Below are positions 19,299 through 29,871 of a stretch of DNA of 64,000 nucleotides, piece after piece. The stretch spans positions 320,001 to 384,000 of the forward strand of contig CAXWPJ010000002.1 of the NCBI GenBank assembly GCA_963664115.2, written 5' to 3'. The notes below the pieces were generated by a model. The model saw only the letters and a list, made by a program, of their open reading frames with translations. It was not told the origin of the DNA and did no database searches. Source of the DNA: Terriglobia bacterium. Lineage in GTDB: Bacteria > Acidobacteriota > Terriglobia > 20CM-2-55-15. The position numbers were made by a program, and so were the translations under genes. How positions within the stretch are numbered: position 1 is the stretch's first letter; each line of letters starts with the position of its first letter.

Positions 19299-20813
19299 TC
19301 ACTGCGCGTCGCTCATGAACTCAACGAACTGGGACATCGGAGCTGGATTCCCGTGAATACCCACGATCGTTGTCACATCCAGGTTCAAGCGCTGCAGGTT
19401 TTCATACAAAGTCCGGTTGCTGGCGTTGGGGGCTGAAGCCCGCGGATTGTAAAGGTCAGCCTGCACAACGATTTGTTCCCTCGGGAAATATGCGATCAGC
19501 ATACCCGCAGCATGGGCGAGGCCCTGGACGTTGTAGAGTTCGACCGTTCTCGTGGCATCGGCGAGGACGTACTTCTCTCGCATTGTCTCGAAAATGTAGC
19601 CCTCCGACCACTCCTCGGGTGGGTACAGCGAAAATCGGTCCGGCTGCAGGGACCACGGCCCCGCCCGCAAAATTTCCTGGTAGTACGGGCGGTTTCCTTC
19701 ATGGGTGATGACGGTCGCGCCTTCGTGGACATACGTACGGATTCCCCCAAGATGGTCCCAGTGGTGATGCGTATTTACGATGAACCGGATCGGCTTGTTA
19801 GCAACGAGCCTGTTCACTTCGGCGATCACAGCAAGCGACCGTTCTTCATTCAAAGGCGTCTCGATAAGGACCACATGGTCAAGGAACTCGATCACCACGC
19901 TGTTGTGGGAGCCTCCTCCGATCAACCACAGGCCTTCACCCAGCGACTGTGACTCCACGCGGACAGGCGCCGGGGTAGCGTTCCGTACTTCGACTGGAAC
20001 CGTAAGTGCGGCGTTCACTACGTTCACCTGAACGTCCGAAACGGTTTCCAGGCCAAAGGCATGGTCGCCGCCACTGACATTCGGCAGGTGCGCGCCGTCG
20101 TCGAAATCCTGATGCTGATGGAACCGGGGAAACTGTACACCGCCCATGTCCCGGTAATTGGTGTAGACGTTTTCGTAGTACAGGTCGCCGACGACGGGAT
20201 TGGGAATCCAGGTCTGCACCCGCTGGACCAGATTCTGAGTGTTGATCGTGCCGTTGACCCGGTATTTGCCGAACGCGACAAACGAGACTACGCTGACCCT
20301 GCCTTCATACTCATTGCGCGTGACCATCGTCGGGTTGGCGCCAGCCGCCATCGCGCCCTTGAGGAACCCCCAGGGCGTAAGAAAGATTTCGAGCCGACCG
20401 AGCTCAGCGGTGGCGGGCCGCGGAACGGGCTCTCCTTGCGCGTTCAATGTCCAGGCATAGTCGCCGCTGACCAGACTGGTGACCCGCTGTTCGGCAAGGA
20501 AAGGGAACCCGGCGCCACCGCCTTGGAGCGGATTGTCGCCTTGTTCTCGGACGTATTCCTCTCTTGAGGACATCGTATTGAAATCGATGGTCCGCGTATA
20601 GCGCGTCAGATCCACTCGCGGCCAATCCCGATCCGGAGCGAAATTCTGCCCGACCATGCCTTGCCAGCCGGTCCCGGAGTATTGTATGGACTCCATGTTT
20701 TCTATGCCCATCGCGGTCGTGGCGGTCCTCAAGACGCTTTCTACATCCTGCGCCGCCGCTAATCCTGCCATCAGAGCGGCAAGGCCCAATGACAGCCAAA
20801 TTCGCTTAACCAT
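19299..20813 (-). CDS. Exported MBL-fold metallo-hydrolase with N-terminal extension
   Basis: THHHWDH, H, ADL and IHG motifs. Confidence 0.88.
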   Translation of the reverse strand: MVKRIWLSLGLAALMAGLAAAQDVESVLRTATTAMGIENMESIQYSGTGWQGMVGQNFAPDRDWPRVDLTRYTRTIDFNTMSSREEYVREQGDNPLQGGGAGFPFLAEQRVTSLVSGDYAWTLNAQGEPVPRPATAELGRLEIFLTPWGFLKGAMAAGANPTMVTRNEYEGRVSVVSFVAFGKYRVNGTINTQNLVQRVQTWIPNPVVGDLYYENVYTNYRDMGGVQFPRFHQHQDFDDGAHLPNVSGGDHAFGLETVSDVQVNVVNAALTVPVEVRNATPAPVRVESQSLGEGLWLIGGGSHNSVVIEFLDHVVLIETPLNEERSLAVIAEVNRLVANKPIRFIVNTHHHWDHLGGIRTYVHEGATVITHEGNRPYYQEILRAGPWSLQPDRFSLYPPEEWSEGYIFETMREKYVLADATRTVELYNVQGLAHAAGMLIAYFPREQIVVQADLYNPRASAPNASNRTLYENLQRLNLDVTTIVGIHGNPAPMSQFVEFMSDAQ

Positions 20814-21497
20814 GATTCGTCCTCCGGTGTGACTCTGCTCACTCACACCAAGCCTTGCAGTGCTTCCAGATGCGATCCCAGGCCCGATGCCAGTTTGCAG
20901 GGACCCCGAGCTGCGAAGACAACAAAGGGGTCATTGAAGCTGAGACGGTTGTTCCGCCGAAGAGACCCGATCAAAAGGCCCGCATTCGTTAACCCAGGCC
21001 CGGGTTATCATTCAGAAGGCGTTCCACATCCGGCAACGGGGCGGAGAGCGCAATAGACAAGGTCCGACAACCGATACGCAGTCTTCCCGCCTTCATTAGG
21101 GTCACCATCGCCTGTAATTGAGTTCGATCGGTGAATCTTATCATCCTGATTAAAGTTCTGCCGGATGATTCCCAGATGATGCCCGGAGAGGGGGATGGTT
21201 AGGACCCGGTGTCGCCTGCAAACCAGTCCGGCTGGGTCGCGCTCTTCCTCTCTCCCCAGTCTAAACTTCTTGTTAAATCTGATCGTCGCAACACATAGAC
21301 CGAACACTTTACGGACAATGAAGGAAAGGCGACGTATCGATAGCTTGAGGCAGCTCGTATGTCAGGCCTTGAAACTTTGATTGCTTCTAAAATCCTCCTC
21401 TAGTATTTTTTAGCAAGTTTTTCGCGGTGCACCGTGGAAGACGCTACGGCGATAAAATCAGGACACCACCTGCCACAGAATCCCCGGAGGGACACCG

Positions 21498-22871
21498 ATG
21501 TCACGGTATACGACTCTTTCCTGCCTACTCTTGTGTTGTGTCGCGGCTTGTGCACCGGGCGGGGAAGCCCCCCAGGCGTCGGGAGATGCGATGTGGTTCG
21601 AAGGCGCCCGATTGATCGTGGGAGACGGGGGCGCACCCATCGAGAACTCGGCCTTCCTCGTCGAGGGCAATACCTTCAGTTGGGTGGGGCGACAGGGTGA
21701 GGCAGAGCCACCGGAAGGGGCGGTGCGGGTGGATCTGACCGGTAAGACAGTGATCCCGGCACTGCTCGACGCTCACCAGCACATTGGGCTCACTAACATC
21801 AAGGATGGAACGAACACCCGGGAAAATTACACGCGCGAAAACCTCGTGGAGCATCTCGAACGAACCGCCTACCACGGCGGGGCGGCCACGATGAGCCTCG
21901 GGCTCGAGTTCGACGAGTCGCTCGCGTTCGCTCAGCGGGAGCAAGTGACCCCGAACGCCGCGCGCTTCCTCACTTCGGGTCGCGGCATCGCGGCCACACC
22001 CATTGCGGGGCCGCAATCGGAACACCTCCTCGGGATTCCACGTGGCGCGATCAACGAGGAAGAAGGAAGGGCGGCCATACAGGAGCTCAACGGCTACGGC
22101 GTGGAGCTCGTGAAGATTTGGGTCGACGGTCGCAGCGGCTCGGTGCCCAAGATCGGACCTGAGGTGTACCGTGCGATCATCGACGAAGCGCACTCCCATG
22201 GAATGCGGGTGGTCGCACACGTGGGAACGACGAGCGCCCTGGCCGATGCGAAGGACCTCTTTCGGGCAGGAATAGACGGCTTCGCACATACGGTCCGCGA
22301 CCGGGACGTGGACGAGGAGTACCTGGAGTTGGTCCGGGAATACCCAGAGGTCTGGACCATTCCGAACCTTCCGGGGAACCTTCCTACAATCGACGATCTG
22401 TCCTGGCTCGGCGAAACGCTACCACCCTTCGAAATCGAAAGGTTGCGCGAGCAGATCCTCCTCGATCAGGCTTCAGGCCCCCCCGATCCAAACTCGTTGT
22501 TCCCGCTTCAGTGCCGTAACCTCGGGAAGAATCACGAGGCCGGAATGATTATCGGCATGGGAACGGATTCTGGAGGAGTGACAATTCCCTTCAGCGTCGC
22601 CTGGACCGCGCACACGGAGATGCGAGACATGGTCAGGTGCGGGCTCAGCCCGATGGAGGCGATCATGGCGGCAACGAGCGTGAACGCTGAGATCCTCGGG
22701 CAGGAGGATCTCGGGACCATAAGCGAGGGGAAAAACGCTTCGTTCGTGGTGCTCGACATGAACCCCCTGGTCGACATCAACAACACCAGGCGAATCTCAA
22801 AAGTCTATCTGCGGGGTACGGAAGTCGATCGTGAAGCGCTGCGGGCCAAGTTCATGGATGGTGTGCTGTGA
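21498..22871 (+). CDS. Exported amidohydrolase
   Basis: DAHQH, VKIW, AH, GTDSG, GKNASFVVL. Confidence 0.88.
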   Translation: MSRYTTLSCLLLCCVAACAPGGEAPQASGDAMWFEGARLIVGDGGAPIENSAFLVEGNTFSWVGRQGEAEPPEGAVRVDLTGKTVIPALLDAHQHIGLTNIKDGTNTRENYTRENLVEHLERTAYHGGAATMSLGLEFDESLAFAQREQVTPNAARFLTSGRGIAATPIAGPQSEHLLGIPRGAINEEEGRAAIQELNGYGVELVKIWVDGRSGSVPKIGPEVYRAIIDEAHSHGMRVVAHVGTTSALADAKDLFRAGIDGFAHTVRDRDVDEEYLELVREYPEVWTIPNLPGNLPTIDDLSWLGETLPPFEIERLREQILLDQASGPPDPNSLFPLQCRNLGKNHEAGMIIGMGTDSGGVTIPFSVAWTAHTEMRDMVRCGLSPMEAIMAATSVNAEILGQEDLGTISEGKNASFVVLDMNPLVDINNTRRISKVYLRGTEVDREALRAKFMDGVL

Positions 22872-22994
22872 GAGAGAGAGTAAAGACAGGAGAGTTAAGA
22901 AAAACTCCGGCACCGATCAGGTGAGGGTTGGTCGAAAAGATCTGGACCGAAACGAAAGGACTCTCACTCCCACCATGTCTGTGATCTCAAAACA

Positions 22995-24365
22995 CTAATT
23001 CCCAGTTTCACCGGACCACATCGTCCGCAGTCTCGCCCGATCAACCTGATGGCCTCTGAGGTACACGCGGTCAATGTTGCGTGAGTTGGTGATCTCGTCG
23101 AGCGGGTTTTGGTTGAGCACGATGAAATCGGCGCTCTTGCCGACGGTGATCGTCCCCAGGTCACTTTCGAGACCGAGGATCTCGGCACCATTCTTGGTCC
23201 CGGCTACGATCGCCTCGGCCGGCGTCATCCCCGCCGCAACCATGTTCTCCAACTCTGTATGCGCCGTGAAGCCGATAAAACGATCACCGCCCTGACCGCC
23301 CCCATCACTCCCGATGCCAATTCGGACCCCTGCCGTATGGAGCTTCATGATGTTGCTTGCCGTATCCTCCCACGCCTGACGCGCCCGCTCAAGCGCTTCG
23401 GGTGCAGTGTTCGCGACTCTGTCTCGAAGCCGATTGATTTGCGCGGGTGTAACCGTCTCGAGCAACAGTGGCTCAGGCGGATCGAGATACGGCGAGTAGA
23501 TCGTCCGACGCCCGACCTGCGCCAGCAGGACGCTTGCCTCGGGTCGTTCCCTGAACAACTCTAGAAGCTCGTCGTCCACCTCTGTGATCATGTGCGCAAA
23601 CACATCGATGTCCGCCCTCAGCAGGTCCTTGGCTTCCTCCAGGCCAGTGGCATGCACCGCGACCCTCATATCGTTGCTGTGCGCTTCGTCGATAATCGCC
23701 CGATACAGGTTCGGTGCCAGCGGCTCGACGTTGCCGCCACGGGGGTCCACCCAGGTCTTGACGAGTGTCACCCCACGGGAGGCCAGTTCACGAACGTTTG
23801 CGCGGGCGCCCTCTTCGGTCGTGACCACGTAGGCCGCGTGCCGCATGTTGTCTGGGCTCAATTCGCTGAGCGGCGACAGCCCCCGGCCCGCAGTGAGGAA
23901 CCGCGCCGCGTCGGGGTACTCACCCGCCAGGATTGCGTCCCTCAACTGGAACGGCATCACTCCGAAGTCGGATCCCATAGCCTGGCTCACCGCGACCCCG
24001 TGATAGGCGAACCGATACATGTGGTCCAGAATGTGTTCGCGTGTGTAGTTCTCCGGCCCGCTCGTCAGGTCCTTCATGTAACCGATGTGGGAATGTGCGT
24101 CGACCAACGCCGGTATGACCGTCTTTCCCGTCAGGTCGATCCTCACCGCACCTGCCGGGACCTGGAACTCTCCCACGCGGCCAACCTGGCCGAACCTGTC
24201 TCCTTCGATTGAAAAAACCGAGTCTTCGATGGGTGGGCTGCCGTCGCCCACGATCAGACGCGCCCCTTCGAATACGGTCACCGCTTGGGGGGTCTGGTTT
24301 GTAGTTTGAGCGGAACACGCCGCGGTGACACAGAGCCAAGCAACCAAGAGAATCCTCGAACCCAT
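22995..24365 (-). CDS. Exported amidohydrolase, paralog of 21498
   Basis: DAHSH, VKTW, GSDGG, GKSADFIVL. Confidence 0.88.
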   Translation of the reverse strand: MGSRILLVAWLCVTAACSAQTTNQTPQAVTVFEGARLIVGDGSPPIEDSVFSIEGDRFGQVGRVGEFQVPAGAVRIDLTGKTVIPALVDAHSHIGYMKDLTSGPENYTREHILDHMYRFAYHGVAVSQAMGSDFGVMPFQLRDAILAGEYPDAARFLTAGRGLSPLSELSPDNMRHAAYVVTTEEGARANVRELASRGVTLVKTWVDPRGGNVEPLAPNLYRAIIDEAHSNDMRVAVHATGLEEAKDLLRADIDVFAHMITEVDDELLELFRERPEASVLLAQVGRRTIYSPYLDPPEPLLLETVTPAQINRLRDRVANTAPEALERARQAWEDTASNIMKLHTAGVRIGIGSDGGGQGGDRFIGFTAHTELENMVAAGMTPAEAIVAGTKNGAEILGLESDLGTITVGKSADFIVLNQNPLDEITNSRNIDRVYLRGHQVDRARLRTMWSGETGN

Positions 24366-24596
24366 GTTCCCTCCTCCAGTACGCGGGCATGAGCACACCT
24401 ACCCCGGCGCCTCGATGACAGGTCGATGCCCCACCTCGCTGTGTGGGTACTCAGGGCATTATATGAGGAATGTGCGGTTTTGTCGCTGTAAGCTGCCGAC
24501 GTCGTAGAGCCTCCCCCGCGCCGCATTATCGTCCCGATTCCCAAAACCTCCGCCACGGACTTCAGAGATGCGCTGTGGGTGGCTCATGGCGAATCC

Positions 24597-25981
24597 GAGT
24601 TATTGTCAAAAGTGGTGTTTAGGAGATTGATTCAAGCGGCGGCCTGATCGACTTGTGTCGCTTCGACACCATCGTTGAATTTCACTCCGATGATTACCTT
24701 GCTCAGATCATCGAATCCTCGTAATCGTCGCCAATTGTTCTCAGCGCACTGGCCCAGTTTGAACATCATGTGCAGCATGCCATCCCGTGTCAGGCAACCT
24801 CTGGATCGCTTCGTTCGGTGTCGAATGGTGGCAAAGGTCGACTCAATGGGATTCGTCGTTCTGATGCTCTGCCAGTGCTTGGCCGGAAAGTCGTAAAAGG
24901 CCAGCAGTTCCTCTCTGTCTTTCTGCAGGCAGAGTGTGGCTTTCGGATACTTCGGTTCATAGGTTTCAATGAACAAGTCGAATGCCTTCTCGGCGTCTGC
25001 CTTCGTCTCGGCCTGCCAGATCGAGTGCAGGGCCTGTTTCGCCTTCGCCTGGACCGACTTGGGCAGGCAGTTGAGGACGTTCATGACTTTGTGCATCCAG
25101 CAACGTTGTTGACGTGTCTCGGGATAGATTTCCTCCAGTGCGGCCCAGAACCCCATCGCACCGTCACCGATGGCCAACTTCGGAACATTCATCCCACGGG
25201 ACTTCAGCTTCAACAAGACCTCGCGCCAACTCTGTGTCGATTCCCGTACACCGTCTTCGATCGCCAGGAAACGCTTCTCTCCGCGTTCATTCACGCCGAT
25301 CACGACCAATGCACACAACTTGGTTTGTTCCGCCCGAAGTCCGCTGTAGATGCCGTCGGCCCAGACATAGACCCAGCGATCTGCATCCAAACGCTCCTCG
25401 CATCCGAGGCGGTACTGTTCGCCCCAAACCTGTTTCAACCGCGATACCGTGCTCGCCGACAGACCCTGCGCCTGGGGACCGACAAGAACTTTTAGGGCCT
25501 CACCCATCTCGCCGCTGGAAACGCCTTTCAAATACAACCACGGCACCGCTGCTTCCAGCGACTTCGTCTTCCGAATGTACGGTGGTACCAGGGCCGATCG
25601 GAACGTCACAGCTTCGCCCGTCTTGGCACGGACCTTCGGGATTTGGACTGTTACCGGACCCAATCCCGTCTGCAGTTCGCGTTCCGGCAGATAACCGTTG
25701 CGTACCACCCCGGCGTTTCCTGTCTCAGTTCGCCGGCCACCGTGCTGGGATAGCAGCTCTGCCAATTCGGCTTCCACTGCGCGTTGGATCAGTTGCTGTG
25801 CCCCAACTCGTAGTAGTTCTGTTACTGGATCCTCAATCGTTTCTCGACCTTCCGGTCCATTCACGTTACTCTTGCTCACAGTGGCGTATCTCCTATGGTT
25901 GCTTTGAAGTTTTGTCACAACAAATCAACCAGATACGCCGCTCTTATTCAATCCCTCAAACACCAGATTCGGTTATAACTC
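24597..25981 (-). mobile_element. IS256-family insertion sequence, 1385 bp
   Basis: Terminal inverted repeats gagttat..tggtgttt; 9-bp target duplication ggcgaatcc at 24588-24596 and 25982-25990. Confidence 0.95.
24632..25879 (-). CDS. IS256 (mutator-like) transposase
   Basis: RNGY, ADG, GDG, QRCWMHK, RTTNPIES; probable GTG start after AGGAG. Confidence 0.95.
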   Translation of the reverse strand: MSKSNVNGPEGRETIEDPVTELLRVGAQQLIQRAVEAELAELLSQHGGRRTETGNAGVVRNGYLPERELQTGLGPVTVQIPKVRAKTGEAVTFRSALVPPYIRKTKSLEAAVPWLYLKGVSSGEMGEALKVLVGPQAQGLSASTVSRLKQVWGEQYRLGCEERLDADRWVYVWADGIYSGLRAEQTKLCALVVIGVNERGEKRFLAIEDGVRESTQSWREVLLKLKSRGMNVPKLAIGDGAMGFWAALEEIYPETRQQRCWMHKVMNVLNCLPKSVQAKAKQALHSIWQAETKADAEKAFDLFIETYEPKYPKATLCLQKDREELLAFYDFPAKHWQSIRTTNPIESTFATIRHRTKRSRGCLTRDGMLHMMFKLGQCAENNWRRLRGFDDLSKVIIGVKFNDGVEATQVDQAAA

Positions 25982-26143
25982 GGCGAATCCGACGTGTAAT
26001 TCGTTGATATTTCAAGTCTTGTTTTCCTGAAAACGATCGCTATAATCGCCCGGTGCACGATCTGATCATCCTGCCCCTTCACTCCAGTGCGACGCGCGCC
26101 CGCTACCTGGGACCGGGCGGGCTGCGTGATGGGCAGTGCTAGC

Positions 26144-28570
26144 ATGAACGTGATGCGTCCTGCCTTGATTTGTATCTTGTTCGCCAGCGCTGCCTATGGG
26201 CAACTGACGGCACGCAATCCCGTCGACGAACTGAAAGACCAGGTGAGCGAAGCCCTGGCACTGGCCGGCGTGCCTTTCACCGCCGATCAGGAACGGCAGT
26301 TGGCCCTGCTGATTGAAGATGACCGGCAGGCTGCGGAAAACCTGTTTGGCGCAACCTGGGATTTCAGTCAGGGACCGCCTCAGGGCGAGCAGCAGGATCA
26401 GGCTCTGGCCGGCATCCGCTTTATGTATGACGAATTGCGTAGCAAGCTTCCCGCTTACATGACCGCGGTGCAGAGACGCGCCTGGGAGAACTACCAGAGT
26501 GAACAGGACGTGGCTTTTTATGAGGAGGATTCCTCAGACAACGGTGCCGGGAGCGGAAGAATTCAACAGATCCGCGTGACGAATAACGCTTTCAATGTCG
26601 AAACCGCCACCGCTAACGGAAGTCGGGGCCTGCATGAAGGCGGCGCGAGAACCGAAGTAATCGAGCGCGGCGGCGGCGGCGCCTTTCACGGCAATTTCGC
26701 GGCAACCTTCCAGGACGAGGCCCTGAACGCCCGAAATCCCTTCGCGGACAATAAACCGCCCTACTATGAACGGACCCTCAACGGCGACATCAGCGGTCCC
26801 GTCATTCAAGATCGCCTCTCACTGAACTTCGCCCTCAGGGACAACAGACGGGAAAATGTCGGCACCGTGAAGGCCGAAACACCGGACGGACCTTTTTCGC
26901 TCGGCGTCACCCGGCCCGTGTTGTTCCGGTCCTACGACACCCGGGGCGTGCTGCAGATTGCGGACGCACATTCGCTGCACATGCGTTTCCAGTACGCCAC
27001 CCACGACATCGAGAACGATAACGTGGGCAATTTCAGCCTGCCCGAACGCGCTTCCCACACTGAGACCCAAGACCATGTCGTCGATCTTCGCGCAGTCTCC
27101 ATTCTTTCCGAGCGCACCGTGCACGATCTCCACTTCATCTGGCGTAAAAATCGCAACGAGACCACGCCCCTAAGCAATGCCCTGGGGATTGTTGTCAAGG
27201 ACGCCTTCACCGGAGGGGGCTCACAGAACCGGGACCTGATCAACGGAAACGAATACGAACTGAACAACCTGATTTACTATGCCGGTCAAACTTTCACGAT
27301 GAGAAGCGGGTTTCGGGGCTGGCGCCGGAGCGAACATTCGGTTTTGGAAGACAATTTCTTTGGCGAATTCACGTTTTCGGATCTGGAAAGCTACCGGGCC
27401 AGAACACCGCTCAAGTACAGGATCAAATGCTGCGACCCCTCGTTTGACATGAGCCAGACGCACCTTGCTTTGTTCTCCCAGAACGATTTCAAACTCACGC
27501 CGACCTTCACCCTGATGCTGGGCATACGCTATTTCGTGCAAACGAACCTCGGTGACCGGAATAACGTGGACCCACGCATCGGTTTTGCATATGCGATTGG
27601 CAACTCGACGGTTATCCGCGGCGGTGCCGCTATCTTCACGCAAACGGCAAATTTCAGACAAATGAAGATTTCTAGAAGGTTGGACGGAGAACGGCTGTAC
27701 GAGATCCAGATCGACAATCCGGGTTGGCCCGACCCGTTCTCATCCGGCAGCCTCAGGCCCCGATCCCGCAACGTGATCGCGCCTGACTTGAGAAATCCGT
27801 ATTACGCGGTGACACAAGTGCAAGTGGAGCAGAGCCTGCCGCATAATCTTTTCGTGACGGTGGCTTACGACGTGAGCCGTGGGATCAAACCCCTCCGTCT
27901 CCGGGACCTCAACGCGCCGTTTCCGGAAACCGGCCTCCGACCGTTTCCTGATGAGGGTCAGATTATCCAACTCGAAAGTGGCCTGTCGACGCACCAACAT
28001 TTCAAGACCACCATGCGGCAGCGCATCAGCGTCTTCAATATCACCGCGGACTATCAATATTACCACGGCGTCAGCGATGGGCCTGGCACGGGCGGTTTTC
28101 AATCGTTGCCGGTCGATAGCCGTGACGTCCTGGGTAAGGAGTGGGGACGAACCGTCAACCCCGTGCATACCTTCAACACGAGCGTCAATTCGCGGTTGCC
28201 ACTGGACGTGTACCTGACGACGGTCATCGGGGCACGCAGCGGCAGGCGCTATACGATCACCACGGGTCGGGACGATAACGGCGATGGTGTGAGTAACGAT
28301 CGACCTGAGGGCGTCGTCAAGAACAGCGAAATCGGACCGAAGTATTTCGATATCAGCTTCAATATCTCAAAAGCCATTGAATTCAGACGCGACGGCTCGA
28401 GCGCCGCAGGCACCGGACCCAGAATGAATGTCTTCGCGAATCTCAGCAACGCCTTCAACATGACACACCTGGGAACACCCAGCGGTGTCCTGACGTCTCC
28501 TTTCTTTGGAAGATCTTTCAACGCGACGTCACCGCGGCAAATCGAGGTTGGAATGAGATTTCAGTTCTGA
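26144..28570 (+). CDS. TonB-dependent-receptor-like outer-membrane barrel with atypical helical N-terminus
   Basis: LNARNPF, QNDFK, PRIGFAY, IRGGA and terminal RQIEVGMRFQF. Confidence 0.8.
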   Translation: MNVMRPALICILFASAAYGQLTARNPVDELKDQVSEALALAGVPFTADQERQLALLIEDDRQAAENLFGATWDFSQGPPQGEQQDQALAGIRFMYDELRSKLPAYMTAVQRRAWENYQSEQDVAFYEEDSSDNGAGSGRIQQIRVTNNAFNVETATANGSRGLHEGGARTEVIERGGGGAFHGNFAATFQDEALNARNPFADNKPPYYERTLNGDISGPVIQDRLSLNFALRDNRRENVGTVKAETPDGPFSLGVTRPVLFRSYDTRGVLQIADAHSLHMRFQYATHDIENDNVGNFSLPERASHTETQDHVVDLRAVSILSERTVHDLHFIWRKNRNETTPLSNALGIVVKDAFTGGGSQNRDLINGNEYELNNLIYYAGQTFTMRSGFRGWRRSEHSVLEDNFFGEFTFSDLESYRARTPLKYRIKCCDPSFDMSQTHLALFSQNDFKLTPTFTLMLGIRYFVQTNLGDRNNVDPRIGFAYAIGNSTVIRGGAAIFTQTANFRQMKISRRLDGERLYEIQIDNPGWPDPFSSGSLRPRSRNVIAPDLRNPYYAVTQVQVEQSLPHNLFVTVAYDVSRGIKPLRLRDLNAPFPETGLRPFPDEGQIIQLESGLSTHQHFKTTMRQRISVFNITADYQYYHGVSDGPGTGGFQSLPVDSRDVLGKEWGRTVNPVHTFNTSVNSRLPLDVYLTTVIGARSGRRYTITTGRDDNGDGVSNDRPEGVVKNSEIGPKYFDISFNISKAIEFRRDGSSAAGTGPRMNVFANLSNAFNMTHLGTPSGVLTSPFFGRSFNATSPRQIEVGMRFQF

Positions 28571-28741
28571 TCGAGGTGGCGCACCCGGAACTGGATGGTT
28601 TCCCCCACCCCGACGCACATCGTCGTCGTGAATACCATCGTCACAATTGAGGTCGAAAAATCGGCACATATGACCCGTCGCGGCACGCGCGATGGCTTCA
28701 TTTGTCGCTCGGGTTCTGGCCGCCCTTCCTAACCGCTAAAG

Positions 28742-29788
28742 TCAGTTACTTGAGCGCCACGCCAACTGAGCATCCATGCATTCGGAAACCAGCGTTAGAT
28801 ACCGCCCGGTCGCTGTCTCGCTGACAAGGGTATGCGGATCGTCCGGCCCACGAAAATTCAAAGCGTGAAGCTTATCCAATGTCTTGTCCCAACTATGATG
28901 CAGCGAAAGAAAGGCGTCCGCGCCGGCACTGTCGGCAAGACTCTTAAACCGCTTGAGCGACGTGCTCCAGAGTCGCATACTTTCGATTTCAGTCGGGTAA
29001 TACTGGACTCCGTTTTGCAGCTGGGCCCCCCCGGCACCCCGGCCGCCAACCACGCTGCCCACATGCCTTTGGTTTCCGTCCTTCAGCGGTGAGACCAGAA
29101 GCGAAACGCTACCTGGAGTGTGGCCCGGGGTCACATAGAGGGTCACAGTGACATCACCCAGCGTCAGTTCCTGACCGTCCGTGATGACCATGTCTTTCCT
29201 TGGCTTGGTTTCGGCTCCTACATTCGACCTGGCGATCACATCCCAATCCGCCTCGGATATCAGGACGCGCGCTTCGTAACGGTCCTGGAGAAGTTTGGAT
29301 CCCCCGTAAAACTGAGGCTCGCCTTCATTCACGATGACATATTTGATCTGTCCCGGATCGAGACCCAGTTTCTCCAGCCCGTTCACAATCAATTCCTCAA
29401 CGTTGTAGTCGTGACCCGAATTGATCAGAATAATGCCCTCCGAGGTCGTCACCGCCCAGACATTAAAATTGTCGTCCCTGGAGCCACCGACATAGTACAG
29501 GTTGTCGAACACCTTCACCGGGTCGGTGTACCACTCGGAACGGGGCGGTATCGTTCGTGTGGCGACGGGCGCAGCGGTGGGCACGGCTGCGGGCCGGGCA
29601 GCGGCCGGATTGGGTTCGGCGCAAAGGTCAAAAGGGCTCCCGGTAAAATCGTGCCCTGGCTCGTAGGCCACAGCCCTGGCTGCGGCCACATGATCTTGAG
29701 CATCCCCGACCTGGGCGTTGGCTTCGGTCGCACCCCAACCCGTCAAAAGCAAAGCACTGCAAAATACCGATGCCAAATAGCACTTCAT
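28742..29788 (-). CDS. Subclass B3-like MBL-fold protein with degenerate metal motif
   Basis: KVFDNLYYVG and TPGHTPG present, but NEGEPQF replaces HxHxDH. Confidence 0.8.
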   Translation of the reverse strand: MKCYLASVFCSALLLTGWGATEANAQVGDAQDHVAAARAVAYEPGHDFTGSPFDLCAEPNPAAARPAAVPTAAPVATRTIPPRSEWYTDPVKVFDNLYYVGGSRDDNFNVWAVTTSEGIILINSGHDYNVEELIVNGLEKLGLDPGQIKYVIVNEGEPQFYGGSKLLQDRYEARVLISEADWDVIARSNVGAETKPRKDMVITDGQELTLGDVTVTLYVTPGHTPGSVSLLVSPLKDGNQRHVGSVVGGRGAGGAQLQNGVQYYPTEIESMRLWSTSLKRFKSLADSAGADAFLSLHHSWDKTLDKLHALNFRGPDDPHTLVSETATGRYLTLVSECMDAQLAWRSSN

Positions 29789-29871
29789 GGTCCGTCTCCT
29801 TTGACTGTGAATCACCGTCTGATATCGAATCGGGCACACACGATCACATCTGCATTTCGTGTCTTTCTGGA

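Noticed and set aside
21058-21072. Possible inverted half-copy of R (caaggtccgacaacc)
   Set aside because: Only one arm is present; it could be chance.
20829-21470. Short ORFs in the intergenic gap
   Set aside because: No recognisable family, RBS or repeat structure; possibly decayed remnants.
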